Shown here: positions 45,630 through 54,816 of the stretch, one piece after another
How the letters are laid out: each line of letters opens with the position of its first letter
Position numbering within the stretch: the first letter of the stretch is position 1
NCBI GenBank assembly: GCA_030018495.1
Contig: JASEFS010000011.1
Location: forward strand, 22,838 to 86,837
Direction of reading: 5' to 3'
DNA: 64,000 nucleotides
From: Deltaproteobacteria bacterium
GTDB taxonomy: Bacteria > Desulfobacterota > Desulfobaccia > Desulfobaccales > 0-14-0-80-60-11
Notes under the pieces: model-generated
What the model saw: only the letters and a program-made list of their open reading frames with translations
Database searches by the model: none
What the model was told of the DNA's origin: nothing
Program-made: the position numbers and the translations under genes

Positions 45630-45975
45630 CTTTTAGAACAAGAGGCGGAAATGGGTTAAAGGAAGGAAATTGCCGGAAGTCGATCCTTGGGCGGCGGACA
45701 AGCAGGGCACACCCGCCTTAATATATGGAATAACAAAGGCAACGGTTTTACCGGAAACGCCGCCCAAGGTCTCCTAGAATGTCAGTCGAATTTAATTTAA
45801 AGATACGGTCCTCCGAAGCCGTGATTTTCGGGGAACGTTATTTGGACCAACAAAATTATTCAGGTGCCCGTTTACCTGGAGCACCCCGAGGGCTTGTGAG
45901 CCAAGCACCTGCCCCCTAAAGAAAACTGATGCTCCTTTCTCCAGAGCAAAAGAGGTGTGACAACAAAAGCTCCGC

Positions 45976-46248
45976 TTATTTCACCATATCTTTGAGCTGT
46001 TTGCCCGGTTTGAATTTGACCACCTTAGTGGCGGGAATTTTGATGGGTTTGCCGGTTTGGGGGTTGCGCCCTTCCCTTGCCTTCCGCTCCGCTACGGCAA
46101 AAGTCCCGAACCCGGCCAAAGCCAGTCGGGAGTCGGACTTCAAGGTTTTGGAAATTACGCGGATCAGGGCATTGATCGTTTTTTCCGCATCTACTTTCTT
46201 CACTTGGGCTTCGTTAGCCACCTGTGCTATGAGTTCGGCCTTGGTCAT
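45976..46248 (-). CDS. hup: HU family DNA-binding protein
   Basis: MTKAELIAQVA...GFGTFAVAERKAREGRNPQTGKPIKIPA. Confidence 0.95.
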   Translation of the reverse strand: MTKAELIAQVANEAQVKKVDAEKTINALIRVISKTLKSDSRLALAGFGTFAVAERKAREGRNPQTGKPIKIPATKVVKFKPGKQLKDMVK

Positions 46249-46517
46249 ACCTTCCCCCCTTGATCCATACTTGCTGTTTGAAGTTAATGAAATAATTAGC
46301 TAATTTTGCCATTTCTCCAAACCATCGCAAAGCTCTAAGTTACTTTTTGGATATCACCCCTTTCCGCCGATTTTACCTGCGCTTGTCTGCCGTGAAATCC
46401 ACGAAACCTAATATTTACGTGGCTTTCCTTTGATAGCACAAAACTGCCCGCCGTGACAATAGAAAATAACAGTAAAAATGCACCTTTTTAAATAATTTTT
46501 GGTCGCTTCCATATTTT

Positions 46518-47618
46518 TTATCTGCTGGCTCGAGACAGGAGGCATCCTGCCAGCAATCCGAAAGGCAGATGCGGCCACCATACGGCCCATAGAACCGGCC
46601 AGCGCCCGGCCTGTCCCATAGAAACCGACAAGCCGAAGACCAGCCAGTAGAGAAACATAAGCCCCAGACCAGCTGCAACTAAAGCCGGCAAATACAGTTT
46701 TTCCTGGCTTAAGGCCAATCCCAGGCCCAGCATGGCCAGCAAAAAGGGTGACAGGGCCAAAGAAAAACGGCTGTGAATTTCCACTTCGTAAAGTGTCGCC
46801 TTGTAGCCATCGCGCTCCAGACGGTCAACATAATTCCACAGCTCGGTTAAATCCATCTCATTGATCTTCTTCTCCAGAAAACCGAAATCCTCAGGTTTTT
46901 CCGTCAAATCGAAATCCCTCTCGGCAAAATTCTCCCAATCTTTGGATGCACCGGCCTCGAACCTTTGAATGGAACCGTTATAGAAACGCCAGGAGGTTCC
47001 CTGCCATTGGGCTTGCTTGGCGGTAACCACCTGAGTCAAGTGGAATTGCTGATCAAACAGGTAAATCTGGACTCCCTCCAAGGTTTGGGTGTCCTTGCGG
47101 AATAGGACAATGTTGTAAATGGCTCTGTCACCCTTATACCAGAAATGCTCCAGGGCCAGGAGGCTGCTCGGCGGCTTTTTCTGCACCCGTGTCTCCCAAA
47201 AGCTGCCCAGGCGGGCCTGGCTCCAGGGAACCAAATAAAGATTCAGAGCCAGCCCCGCCAATATCACCAGGGAGGTGAGAAAAATCACCGGGCGCAGCAA
47301 CCGCAAGATGTCAAGGCCCGAAGTGCGGATGGCCATGGTTTCATGCACCCGGGCCAGCAGGCCGAAAGTCAGAATGGCTCCCAGCATAACCGAAGGAGTA
47401 AGAACCTGGGAAAGCGCAAAGGGGACCCTCAGCAAAATATAGCTGAAGAACCCTCCCAGTCCCAAATCGGCGTTTACCAGCCGGTCGATGCGTTCGAAGA
47501 AATCCACCAGCAAAAAGATGGACAGGAAAGCCGCCAGGCAGATGATGAGGATTTTGAGAAATTCCCGGCCGATGTACTTTTCCAGAATGCGGGCCCGCAA
47601 TATGGGGGATCTTTCCAT
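46518..47618 (-). CDS. LptF/LptG family LPS export permease
   Basis: 366 aa with YjgP/YjgQ architecture: N-terminal TMs, a periplasmic beta-jellyroll region and C-terminal TMs. Begins RILEKYIGREFLK. Confidence 0.82.
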   Translation of the reverse strand: MERSPILRARILEKYIGREFLKILIICLAAFLSIFLLVDFFERIDRLVNADLGLGGFFSYILLRVPFALSQVLTPSVMLGAILTFGLLARVHETMAIRTSGLDILRLLRPVIFLTSLVILAGLALNLYLVPWSQARLGSFWETRVQKKPPSSLLALEHFWYKGDRAIYNIVLFRKDTQTLEGVQIYLFDQQFHLTQVVTAKQAQWQGTSWRFYNGSIQRFEAGASKDWENFAERDFDLTEKPEDFGFLEKKINEMDLTELWNYVDRLERDGYKATLYEVEIHSRFSLALSPFLLAMLGLGLALSQEKLYLPALVAAGLGLMFLYWLVFGLSVSMGQAGRWPVLWAVWWPHLPFGLLAGCLLSRASR

Positions 47619-47748
47619 ATCCTAGCCATATACCAGAAAAACGGCCTGGTGCAAAAGCTCAAATATAAAAGCTGAGACTCGCATGAAAGATTATGCAGCA
47701 GCCTTACAACGATAGGAACGGCGGGGAAATTCGTAGCCGCGGCGTCTG

Positions 47749-48741
47749 TCACCACCCCAGGCGGCTTTGGGGTTGCAGCGGTTGAAGCTTTTGCTTTAGC
47801 TCATCACTCAAGATTTGGCTGGGACCTGCTGACGCAGCATTTTCATCAGCAGGCTTGCCGGGAATGGAGGCGGCTTCGGCTCCCTGCGGGCCAGCCGGGA
47901 AACGGTCTTTCGGATCGGGAATCGGCTTCAGCAAACGCGGGCCGCCCGGGGACTTATCCTGGAACATGACGATAATGGTTACCCGCCTGTTTTGAAAATC
48001 CAGAGGGTCCTGCGGATTGCGCAAATATCGGTCCGCAAAGCCTCTTACCGCCAAAATCTGACGGGAGTTGAGGCCCGATATTTCCATCAGACGCCGGGCG
48101 GCATTGGCCCTGTCGGTGGACAGCTCCCAGTTGGTGTAATTCTGGGTCCCGTAAGGTCGGCTGTCGGTGTGCCCCTCCACGGTGACCTGATTGGGCAGGC
48201 CTCCCAATTCCTGGGCGATGAGATTCAAGATCTTTTTGGTTTCGGCCTTAAGGTTGGCGCTGCCGATATCGAAAAAGTTGGAGTTCTCCCGTTCCAGCAG
48301 TTCAATGCGCAAACCTTCGGAGGTGATTTCCAGCAGCACTTGGTCTTTCAGTTTTTGCAGTTCCGGCAATTGGGCAATCATTTCTTCCAGGCGCTTTTTC
48401 ACTTCCTCCAGGGAATCCCGGTCCTGCGCGGTTTCGGGGGGGATGGGGGAGGGAGTCTGCCATTCCTGACTGTGGCCCGGGGTGGGCATCTTGCCCCCCA
48501 TGTCGCTGGTCTCCATGAGGCTCATGGCGCCGGGGAGCAGGCCGGGATTTTTGAAGTATTGGGCCACGGCAATGCGGATGGACTGGCTTTGACTCATGAT
48601 CCACAGCACGATAAACAGGGCCATCATGGCCGTGACGAAATCGGCGTAGGCCACTTTCCAGGCTCCCCCGTGATGGCGCCCGGATATCTTCTTCTTTTTA
48701 ACGATTCTTATTTCTGCGGGTTCTAAATTCGGGTTGGCCAT
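47749..48741 (-). CDS. motB: Flagellar motor stator protein MotB (OmpA-like C-terminus)
   Basis: HGGAWKVAYADFVTAMMALFIVLW, and the OmpA-type VEGHTDSRPY...NWELSTDRA. Confidence 0.88.
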   Translation of the reverse strand: MANPNLEPAEIRIVKKKKISGRHHGGAWKVAYADFVTAMMALFIVLWIMSQSQSIRIAVAQYFKNPGLLPGAMSLMETSDMGGKMPTPGHSQEWQTPSPIPPETAQDRDSLEEVKKRLEEMIAQLPELQKLKDQVLLEITSEGLRIELLERENSNFFDIGSANLKAETKKILNLIAQELGGLPNQVTVEGHTDSRPYGTQNYTNWELSTDRANAARRLMEISGLNSRQILAVRGFADRYLRNPQDPLDFQNRRVTIIVMFQDKSPGGPRLLKPIPDPKDRFPAGPQGAEAASIPGKPADENAASAGPSQILSDELKQKLQPLQPQSRLGW

Positions 48742-48833
48742 AATGACAGTGGGATGAAAAGGTAAAATCTGGCAGGACGGCTTCCACCCAAAATTTTGGA
48801 CAAGCCCCCTCCGGTCAGAAATTCTCCTTCGGG

Positions 48834-49700
48834 CTAATTCGGTTTAACCTTGATCATGCGGCAGGCCTCTTCCACTTGGCCGTAGCCGGGCCGGTAGTCG
48901 CTGACGATCACCCGGCGGGCGAACTCCACCGCCACGATGGGAGGCATGCCTTTGGCATAGGCCACCACCCCGGCCTTGATGGATTTCAGAAAAAGCTCCT
49001 GGGACTCGGCCTGATGCTCGATCTGGGCGCTCAACGGCTGGCAAAAGCCGTAGCACAGGAGAACCCCCAAAAAGGTGCCCACCAGGGCCGCGGCCACTTT
49101 GTGGCCCACTTCGGCAGCCGGTCCGCCGATGGCCTGCATGGTAATGACTATGCCCAAAACCGCGGCCACGATCCCCATGCCCGGGAGGGAATCGGCAATT
49201 CTGGCCAGGGTATGGGCCGGTTTCTTGCCTTCCTCCTCCTGAACCTCCAGGTCTGCATCCAAAAGCAGTTCCAGTTCCTGGGCCGGCACTCCCCCCACCA
49301 CCAGCAGCTTCATCGAATCCGTGAGAAACTCCAGGGCCTGGTGATTGGTCATGATTACCGGGTACTTGGCAAACAGCGCGGATTCTTCGGGCTTTTCCAC
49401 ATGCTCTTCCAGGGTGAGCAGGCCCTTTACCCGGGCCGTCTGAAATATTTCATAAAGGAGTTGCAAAAGCTCCGTGAATTTTTCCGGATTCAGCCCGGAT
49501 GGCTTCAGAGAACCCAAAAGGTAGTGAATGATCTTGACAAGTGTGGTTTTGGGGGTGGAAATCAGCAGAGCTCCCAACGCGGTGCCGCCGATGATGAGAA
49601 ATTCGGCCCACTGCATGAGGAGAAGAGGGTTGCCCCCTTCCAGCATAAAGCCCCCCATTACCGCCGCGGCCACTACACTCATTCCGATAATGACAAACAC
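48834..49700 (-). CDS. motA: Flagellar motor stator protein MotA
   Basis: 288 aa of the MotA/TolQ/ExbB channel family, adjacent to motB. GTG start. Confidence 0.88.
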   Translation of the reverse strand: MFVIIGMSVVAAAVMGGFMLEGGNPLLLMQWAEFLIIGGTALGALLISTPKTTLVKIIHYLLGSLKPSGLNPEKFTELLQLLYEIFQTARVKGLLTLEEHVEKPEESALFAKYPVIMTNHQALEFLTDSMKLLVVGGVPAQELELLLDADLEVQEEEGKKPAHTLARIADSLPGMGIVAAVLGIVITMQAIGGPAAEVGHKVAAALVGTFLGVLLCYGFCQPLSAQIEHQAESQELFLKSIKAGVVAYAKGMPPIVAVEFARRVIVSDYRPGYGQVEEACRMIKVKPN

Positions 49701-49754
49701 GAATAACCGACCTGCTCCCAGGTTGACTTTTCTGCCCCAGGGGGCCTGTCTTGT

Positions 49755-49782
49755 TCATCGGTTTTCCCGCAGGGGTTCTTTA
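49755..49782 (-). promoter_or_regulatory. Candidate sigma28 (FliA) promoter for motAB
   Basis: The minus strand reads TAAA-N16-ACCGATGA, compared with the consensus TAAA-N15-GCCGATAA. It lies about 55 nt upstream of the motA start. Confidence 0.4.
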
Positions 49783-49816
49783 AACTAAATCCTGAAGCCT
49801 CAACCAGGGTTGCCCC

Positions 49817-49845
49817 TTGCCAAGGGGCAGAACCTTTCTTATAAT
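49817..49845 (+). promoter_or_regulatory. Candidate sigma70 promoter for the small zinc-ribbon gene
   Basis: TTGCCA, a 17-nt spacer, then TATAAT. The -35 element lies inside a 19-nt perfect palindrome. Confidence 0.5.
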
Positions 49846-49941
49846 CCAGTTGACAACCAAAGAGGCCGAATACCGGTTAAGCGACGGCAGTCATCGGCTG
49901 CCGCTACATAATAAGGCAATCTCAGACGGAGGACCAAAGAC

Positions 49942-50103
49942 ATGCCGACTTATGAATTCGTCTGCCTGAAATGCGGGGAAGAATTTGTGCGCGTCATGAG
50001 CATTTCCGAATACGAGAGCACCAAGCCCGTATGCCCCAAATGCGGTGGAGAGGCCAAGCAGCAGATGTCCGAATTTATCGCCAAGACTTCCCGCAAAAGT
50101 TAG
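49942..50103 (+). CDS. FmdB/CxxC_CxxC_SSSS family zinc-ribbon protein (53 aa)
   Basis: My own translation is MPTYEFVCLKCGEEFVRVMSISEYESTKPVCPKCGGEAKQQMSEFIAKTSRKS. GGAGGA lies upstream. The ORF is below the ORF-track cutoff. Confidence 0.85.
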   Translation: MPTYEFVCLKCGEEFVRVMSISEYESTKPVCPKCGGEAKQQMSEFIAKTSRKS

Positions 50104-50221
50104 ATGAACCGCTAGCTTGCTGTTAACCGGCGGACAGGTATGCTTAACTTGGATAAAGGCAGATTGTCAGCTTGAACGGCGATTCTTCCTCCGAAAGGAG
50201 GCGGGATTGCACAAACTTCTC

Positions 50222-50245
50222 AACCCCCGGTTCGGGGGTTTTTTT
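50222..50245 (+). terminator. Rho-independent terminator
   Basis: aaccccc-ggtt-cgggggtt followed by TTTTT. Confidence 0.8.
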
Positions 50246-50263
50246 GCGTCGATGGCCGGGGGC

Positions 50264-52666
50264 TCAGGGAACCGACGAGCCCTTCGAGCCCCACTGGTTC
50301 ACCGCGATGCCGGCGCAGGTGAGTCGGAGGGTGACCGCTCCCTGGCGGGAATACAGGCAAATCTCTGGCTGCGGGGACGGCCGGCGCACCCGATCCGGCT
50401 CAGGCCTGCCGTAAATGATCACCCGGGCGGGCCTCAAGGCGTCCAGCCAGGCCGGCGGCGGCTCTTTCGGAACTACCAGGGCCTCCGTTTCACCCGCAGC
50501 CATTAACGTCGGCATATCCTCTTTGTCGAACGGCACCGGCGGCACCATTAAAACACTGCGTCCGCAATAGGTAATCCCCAATCCGATCACCCGGCTCCGC
50601 GCCAGCTTGTAATAGGTCAACTTGACCGCCCCCAAAGCGGCCGGGGGCTGCATTTGCGCCAGGGACAGCACCGGGTGGCCCTGATCCCCCAAAAAATTCC
50701 GCAACTCGATGACCTCCTCCCCCCCCCTCCCGCCTTCAAACCAGACTTCCCCCAGCCGGAATTGCCGGGCCACCTCGAGGAGTTCTTTAGCATTCCGTGA
50801 AGTAAGGCTGAGGGCCATCACCTCGTCCAGTCTCCGGAATTGGCGCCAGTGCAGATAGCCGGGGAGGGCCCCGACGGACCCGCCCTCCCGGCCGGGCCAG
50901 ACTTGCCATCCGGCGGACACTATTAAGCGACGGTCATCCGGAGTGACAAGGACTCCGGCCAGGCCGGTGGGACTGTCCAGGATGGTAAGCTCACAGGCGT
51001 CCGGGGCCGATAACAAGGGGACCGCCGCCGAACTGACCAGTAGCAGCCCGGTGAGCGCCAGGCCGCTCCAGGCGGCGGCCGTTCGCTTGGGGAGAAACAG
51101 CAAAAGCAGAAAACCGTAGAAGAGTCCCATCTGGAGCAAAGTGGGCGTCGGCAGGATAACCGCGGCCCCTGGCAGTCCGGCACCCCAGGAAATGGCTGCA
51201 TAGGCCAGCTTGAGCGGGAATTGTCCCAAAATTAAAAATCCCCGGGCCAAGCATGACAAATGCAGGGCCTCCGCCGTCAGTGCCAGCAAGCCGAGCGGCA
51301 AGGCCAGTCCGTTGACCAGCGGGATGGCCGCCAAGTTGGCGAACGGCCCCTGAATGGAAACAGTGTGGAAGCTCGCGGCCACCAGGGGCGCGGTGGCCAA
51401 AGAGGCGGTCAGGGAAGCGAGAGCCGCCCCCTTGGCCCAAAAGAGAGCCTTCCCGCCCCATTTTCGGACCCCGCCGGGGGGCAGCCGTTCCAGGTCCGGC
51501 GAGCTCAGCCGGCGCGGCAGAACATAGACGAGCGCCGCCACCGATATAAAGGAAAGTTGAAAAGAGAGGGAAAAAAGCAGCAGGGGCGACATCGCCAGGA
51601 TGACCAGGGCCGCCAGGGCCATGGCGCTTACCACCTCCCGGGGCCTGCCGGCCAGCACCAGGAGCAGATAGGCAAGAATCATGATTTCGGCCCGCTGGGT
51701 GGAGGGCGAACCGCCGGCGATCCAGGCATAGGTCATCACGGGTAACGCCGCCAGCACCGCGGCGGCTTTAACCGCATTGAGCCGCAGCAGCACCCAGGGA
51801 AAACGCCTGAGCAGCCAGAAGGCAACCAGATAGCCAAGTCCGGCGAGCATGCCCAGGTGCAGACCGGAAATGGCCAACAGGTGGCTGGTGCCCGTGCGGC
51901 TGAAAGCCAGGCGCATTTCCGGGGTGATGCGCCCTTGATCCCCCAAAATCAGAGCCTGATAAAGGGCTTGGGAAACCTCATCCAAAGGGGCCAGCAGACG
52001 GCGCAGTCCCTCCCGGAGCCGCGTCCTCAGACCCGGCGGCTGGCTTGAGCTGAGAATAATCAGGTCTCCGGGTTCCTTGAGATGCCCCTCCCGGAAAATG
52101 TCCCGGGCGGCCCAATAGCGGGAGCGTTGAAACGCCCCCGGGTTCATGGGGTCCCGCGGCTTGCTCAGCGAGGTTTTTATTACCACCTCAGCTCCCTCGA
52201 CAGGTGCCGGAGTATCAGACCCCCCGGTTACCAGGACCTTGCCGCAAGCCGGACGCCAGCCTTGAGGGCTCAGCCACAGATCGGCCTCTAAAAAGAGCCG
52301 CAAGCCGCCCTCCCTGGCCTGGGGAGGCAGGTACAGGTTGCCCTTAAGGATTATCTCACGGTCTTGGGGAAGGTTGGCCACATGGTGCGAGGGGAAAGCG
52401 GGAGCCAGAGCCTGCTGTGCCAAAGCCAGCCCCAGCAGCCAAAACGCCGCCAGGGGCATAAGTCTTGCACTTCGCCCTTTTAACCAGAGGCATAACAGGG
52501 CGGAAAACAGCATCGCCGAGACCGCGGCCGGATACGGCCCCGGCAGCCTCAGCCCCCAGGCGGAACCGGCTATTCCCAGTAACAAAGCCAGCGTTATGGG
52601 AACAAGGGGCCTGGCCGCAGGCTGGCCCGGCGGCCTTTCCCGGCCCGATGGCAGGTCAATGCGCAT
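50264..52666 (-). CDS. comEC: ComEC/Rec2 DNA internalisation competence protein with C-terminal metallo-beta-lactamase-like domain
   Basis: A polytopic core containing FSRTGTSHLLAISGLHLG. The start is uncertain (ATG at 52666 versus 52747). Confidence 0.88.
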   Translation of the reverse strand: MRIDLPSGRERPPGQPAARPLVPITLALLLGIAGSAWGLRLPGPYPAAVSAMLFSALLCLWLKGRSARLMPLAAFWLLGLALAQQALAPAFPSHHVANLPQDREIILKGNLYLPPQAREGGLRLFLEADLWLSPQGWRPACGKVLVTGGSDTPAPVEGAEVVIKTSLSKPRDPMNPGAFQRSRYWAARDIFREGHLKEPGDLIILSSSQPPGLRTRLREGLRRLLAPLDEVSQALYQALILGDQGRITPEMRLAFSRTGTSHLLAISGLHLGMLAGLGYLVAFWLLRRFPWVLLRLNAVKAAAVLAALPVMTYAWIAGGSPSTQRAEIMILAYLLLVLAGRPREVVSAMALAALVILAMSPLLLFSLSFQLSFISVAALVYVLPRRLSSPDLERLPPGGVRKWGGKALFWAKGAALASLTASLATAPLVAASFHTVSIQGPFANLAAIPLVNGLALPLGLLALTAEALHLSCLARGFLILGQFPLKLAYAAISWGAGLPGAAVILPTPTLLQMGLFYGFLLLLFLPKRTAAAWSGLALTGLLLVSSAAVPLLSAPDACELTILDSPTGLAGVLVTPDDRRLIVSAGWQVWPGREGGSVGALPGYLHWRQFRRLDEVMALSLTSRNAKELLEVARQFRLGEVWFEGGRGGEEVIELRNFLGDQGHPVLSLAQMQPPAALGAVKLTYYKLARSRVIGLGITYCGRSVLMVPPVPFDKEDMPTLMAAGETEALVVPKEPPPAWLDALRPARVIIYGRPEPDRVRRPSPQPEICLYSRQGAVTLRLTCAGIAVNQWGSKGSSVP

Positions 52667-52827
52667 GCGGTCACATAGCCGAAAGTCAGATATCGAATTA
52701 TTTTTCTTATTTCTTGGTGAGAATTTGAATCTTACAGGACAAGACAAGAAAATATCAAGATATCCGGTATTTTTTCATTGACATTGGTTATTTTCTATTG
52801 AAGAATTTTAAACCTGACGGGAATTTT

Positions 52828-53631
52828 ATGAAAGTTATAACTGTTCTTCTCATAACGTTACTTGCTCTTCCCTGTTCATCGCTTGGGGGGCCGCCTGTCA
52901 CCCAGACGACGAGCGATGGGTCGCTGGTCTTGGACAACAAGCATGACCGGCCCGGCCGGGCCTCCAAAGAATCTCTTTCCTTCCTCTTGGGCAAGGAAAT
53001 AGAAGTTTTTATTACGCGCCACCATACCAGGGTGTGGCCCCGGGCGACTGGTGCAACTCCCAAAATGGCCAAGCCGGAATTGGAAGGGTTGATTAATAAA
53101 TACGCCAATATGCACGGCCTGGACCCTTCCCTGGTGCGGGCCGTCATGCGTCACGAGTCGGGCTTCAATCCTCAGGCTGTTTCCCCCAAGGGGGCCCAGG
53201 GGCTGATGCAGCTCATGCCGGGAACCGCGGATTTGATGGGGGTGTCAAACCCTTTTGACCCGGAGCAGAACATAGCCGGCGGCGTGGGTTATCTGAGATA
53301 CTGCCTGGACCGGTTCAATAACGACGTGTCTTTGGCCCTGGCGGCCTACAACGCCGGCCCGGAACGGGTGGCGAGAAGCGGGGGCGTTCCGCCCATTCCC
53401 GAAACCCAATCCTATGTGAAAAACGTGATGGAGACGTATACCGGCAAGCCCCAGCCCGTCGTCCCCGGTAAAGGCGCCCACTTCATCACCCCCGGCTCCG
53501 CCAAGAATCAAAAAGTAATCAAGGGCTCCTCCGCCGAGCCACTGGCCAAGGCCGAAGAAGACGGCCGGAAAAAACGCCGCGGCCCGAAAATCATCGAAGT
53601 GCGCTATCCAATAAGAACCTCCAGCCGCTGA
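52828..53631 (+). CDS. Lytic transglycosylase (SLT domain) with signal peptide
   Basis: MKVITVLLITLLALPCSS, and the catalytic region MRHESGFNPQAVSPKGAQGLMQLMPGTA...AAYNAGP. Confidence 0.9.
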   Translation: MKVITVLLITLLALPCSSLGGPPVTQTTSDGSLVLDNKHDRPGRASKESLSFLLGKEIEVFITRHHTRVWPRATGATPKMAKPELEGLINKYANMHGLDPSLVRAVMRHESGFNPQAVSPKGAQGLMQLMPGTADLMGVSNPFDPEQNIAGGVGYLRYCLDRFNNDVSLALAAYNAGPERVARSGGVPPIPETQSYVKNVMETYTGKPQPVVPGKGAHFITPGSAKNQKVIKGSSAEPLAKAEEDGRKKRRGPKIIEVRYPIRTSSR

Positions 53632-53692
53632 AGAATTCCTCTGCCGTTATTGTCAGAACTTAAAATAATTTTATTTTTTATTTAAGTATTAT

Positions 53693-54640
53693 TTAAACGA
53701 GTATTTTACCTTGTGCCGCGGCGTGCACTTTTACTGCCGAGCCCACGATACAGTCCGCCAGCGCCACGCCGGGGCCGATCCAGGCCCGGTCCCACACCAC
53801 CGTGTTCTCCAGCCGGGCGCCCGCGCCGATGTAGACTTCCTGTCCTAAACACACAGAGTTGCTCAAGACCGCACCGTCTTCCACCCGTGCCCCCCCGCCG
53901 ATGAGCGGGTCGGCAAAAGGAGGGAAGAATTCCGCCAATCTGGGCGCGGCGCCCTCCAGCAGCAGGCGGTGGACCTTAAGGTAAGCAGCCGGGGTGCCCA
54001 GATCCTGCCAGAAGAGGCCGGTCGCCAGAATGCTGCCGATGGTTTCCCCCCTGGCAATGGCTTCCCGCCAAGCCGATACCAGGTCGCAAGGCCCGTCTCC
54101 GCTTAAATGCGCCAGCATCTCGGGGCTTACCACCTGCACGCCGGTATAGGCCAGGGGGGGCCGGAAGGGCCGGTCCGGCGGCTGACCCACGGCGACCACC
54201 CGGCCGCATTTGTCAATCCAGACATTATTGAAAGGGGGATGATGGTGCAGTACCAGGGTGGCCAGCGCGTCCGGATGGTGCAGGCGGAAAACTGCAGCCA
54301 GATCCAGGTCGGTCAGGATATCGGCGTTTATGGCCAAAAAGGTTTCTCGGCCCAGGAGGTTTCCCAAGCCCCGGAGCCCGCCGCCGGTGCCCAGAATTTC
54401 GGGTTCGTGGCTGAGTGCCAGCTCAAGCCCCCAGGAGGCGCGGCTGTCCAGAAATTCCCGAACCTGTCCGGCCAGGTGGTGGGTATTAACCGCGGCTTCG
54501 GTGCAGCCCCACTTCTTCAGCTGCGCCAGCAGCACGCTGAGCAATGGTTGATTCAAAACCGGTAGCAGGGCCTTGGGGCGGTGATAGGTAAGGGGCCTCA
54601 GGCGAGTCCCCAACCCCGCGGCTAAAATGGCTGCTTTCAT
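53693..54640 (-). CDS. Sugar-phosphate nucleotidyltransferase with C-terminal left-handed beta-helix
   Basis: MKAAILAAGLGTRLRPLTYHRPKALLPV, plus hexapeptide repeats at the C-terminus. The substrate is unknown. Confidence 0.85.
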   Translation of the reverse strand: MKAAILAAGLGTRLRPLTYHRPKALLPVLNQPLLSVLLAQLKKWGCTEAAVNTHHLAGQVREFLDSRASWGLELALSHEPEILGTGGGLRGLGNLLGRETFLAINADILTDLDLAAVFRLHHPDALATLVLHHHPPFNNVWIDKCGRVVAVGQPPDRPFRPPLAYTGVQVVSPEMLAHLSGDGPCDLVSAWREAIARGETIGSILATGLFWQDLGTPAAYLKVHRLLLEGAAPRLAEFFPPFADPLIGGGARVEDGAVLSNSVCLGQEVYIGAGARLENTVVWDRAWIGPGVALADCIVGSAVKVHAAAQGKILV

Positions 54641-54666
54641 ATATAGACTTATAAAGAATCTTTAAC

Positions 54667-54720
54667 GTAGGGCGTGATTCACCACGCCCTTATGAAGGGC
54701 GCCATGAATGGCGCCCCTAC
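54667..54720 (-). repeat. 54-nt double-hairpin element, copy 2 (inverted relative to copy 1)
   Basis: GTAG-[GGCGTGAT tcacc? ACGCC]-cttatgaa-[GGGCGCCAT ga ATGGCGCCC]-CTAC. It has the same two stems as 45367-45420, in the reverse-complement order. Confidence 0.75.
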
Positions 54721-54787
54721 GATATTGCTAATTTTGCCTTAGGAACGCAACCTGTTATTAAGGCTTGCGGATGAGGCTGCGGAATCT

Positions 54788-54816
54788 GGCCCCTGACCCC
54801 TGATCCCTGTCCCCTG
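54788..54816. repeat. Heptamer array (GRYCCCT family) abutting a stop codon
   Basis: ggcccctgacccctgatccctgtcccctg. It ends at the base before the stop of the 54817-55299 gene. Confidence 0.75.

Noticed and set aside
45779-45919. A 46-codon ORF (MSVEFNLKIRSSEAVIFGERYLDQQNYSG...) in the selA-hup island.
   Set aside because: It has no SD, its codon usage (tta, ata, aat, ttt) is unlike the rest of this GC-rich genome, and I see no recognisable motif. It is probably a chance ORF in an AT-richer stretch.
45214-45975. A search for tRNA-Sec (selC) or an SRP/6S-like RNA next to selA.
   Set aside because: I found no TCA-anticodon stem-loop with the long acceptor and variable arms of tRNA-Sec, and no GGAAGCAGCC-type SRP motif. 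The only resemblance is a chance aggaaggaaa.
49701-49800. A sigma54 promoter (TGGCAC-N5-TTGC) upstream of motA.
   Set aside because: The best candidate, TGGGGCAGAAAAGTCA, lacks the -12 GC element. The sigma28-like match is better.
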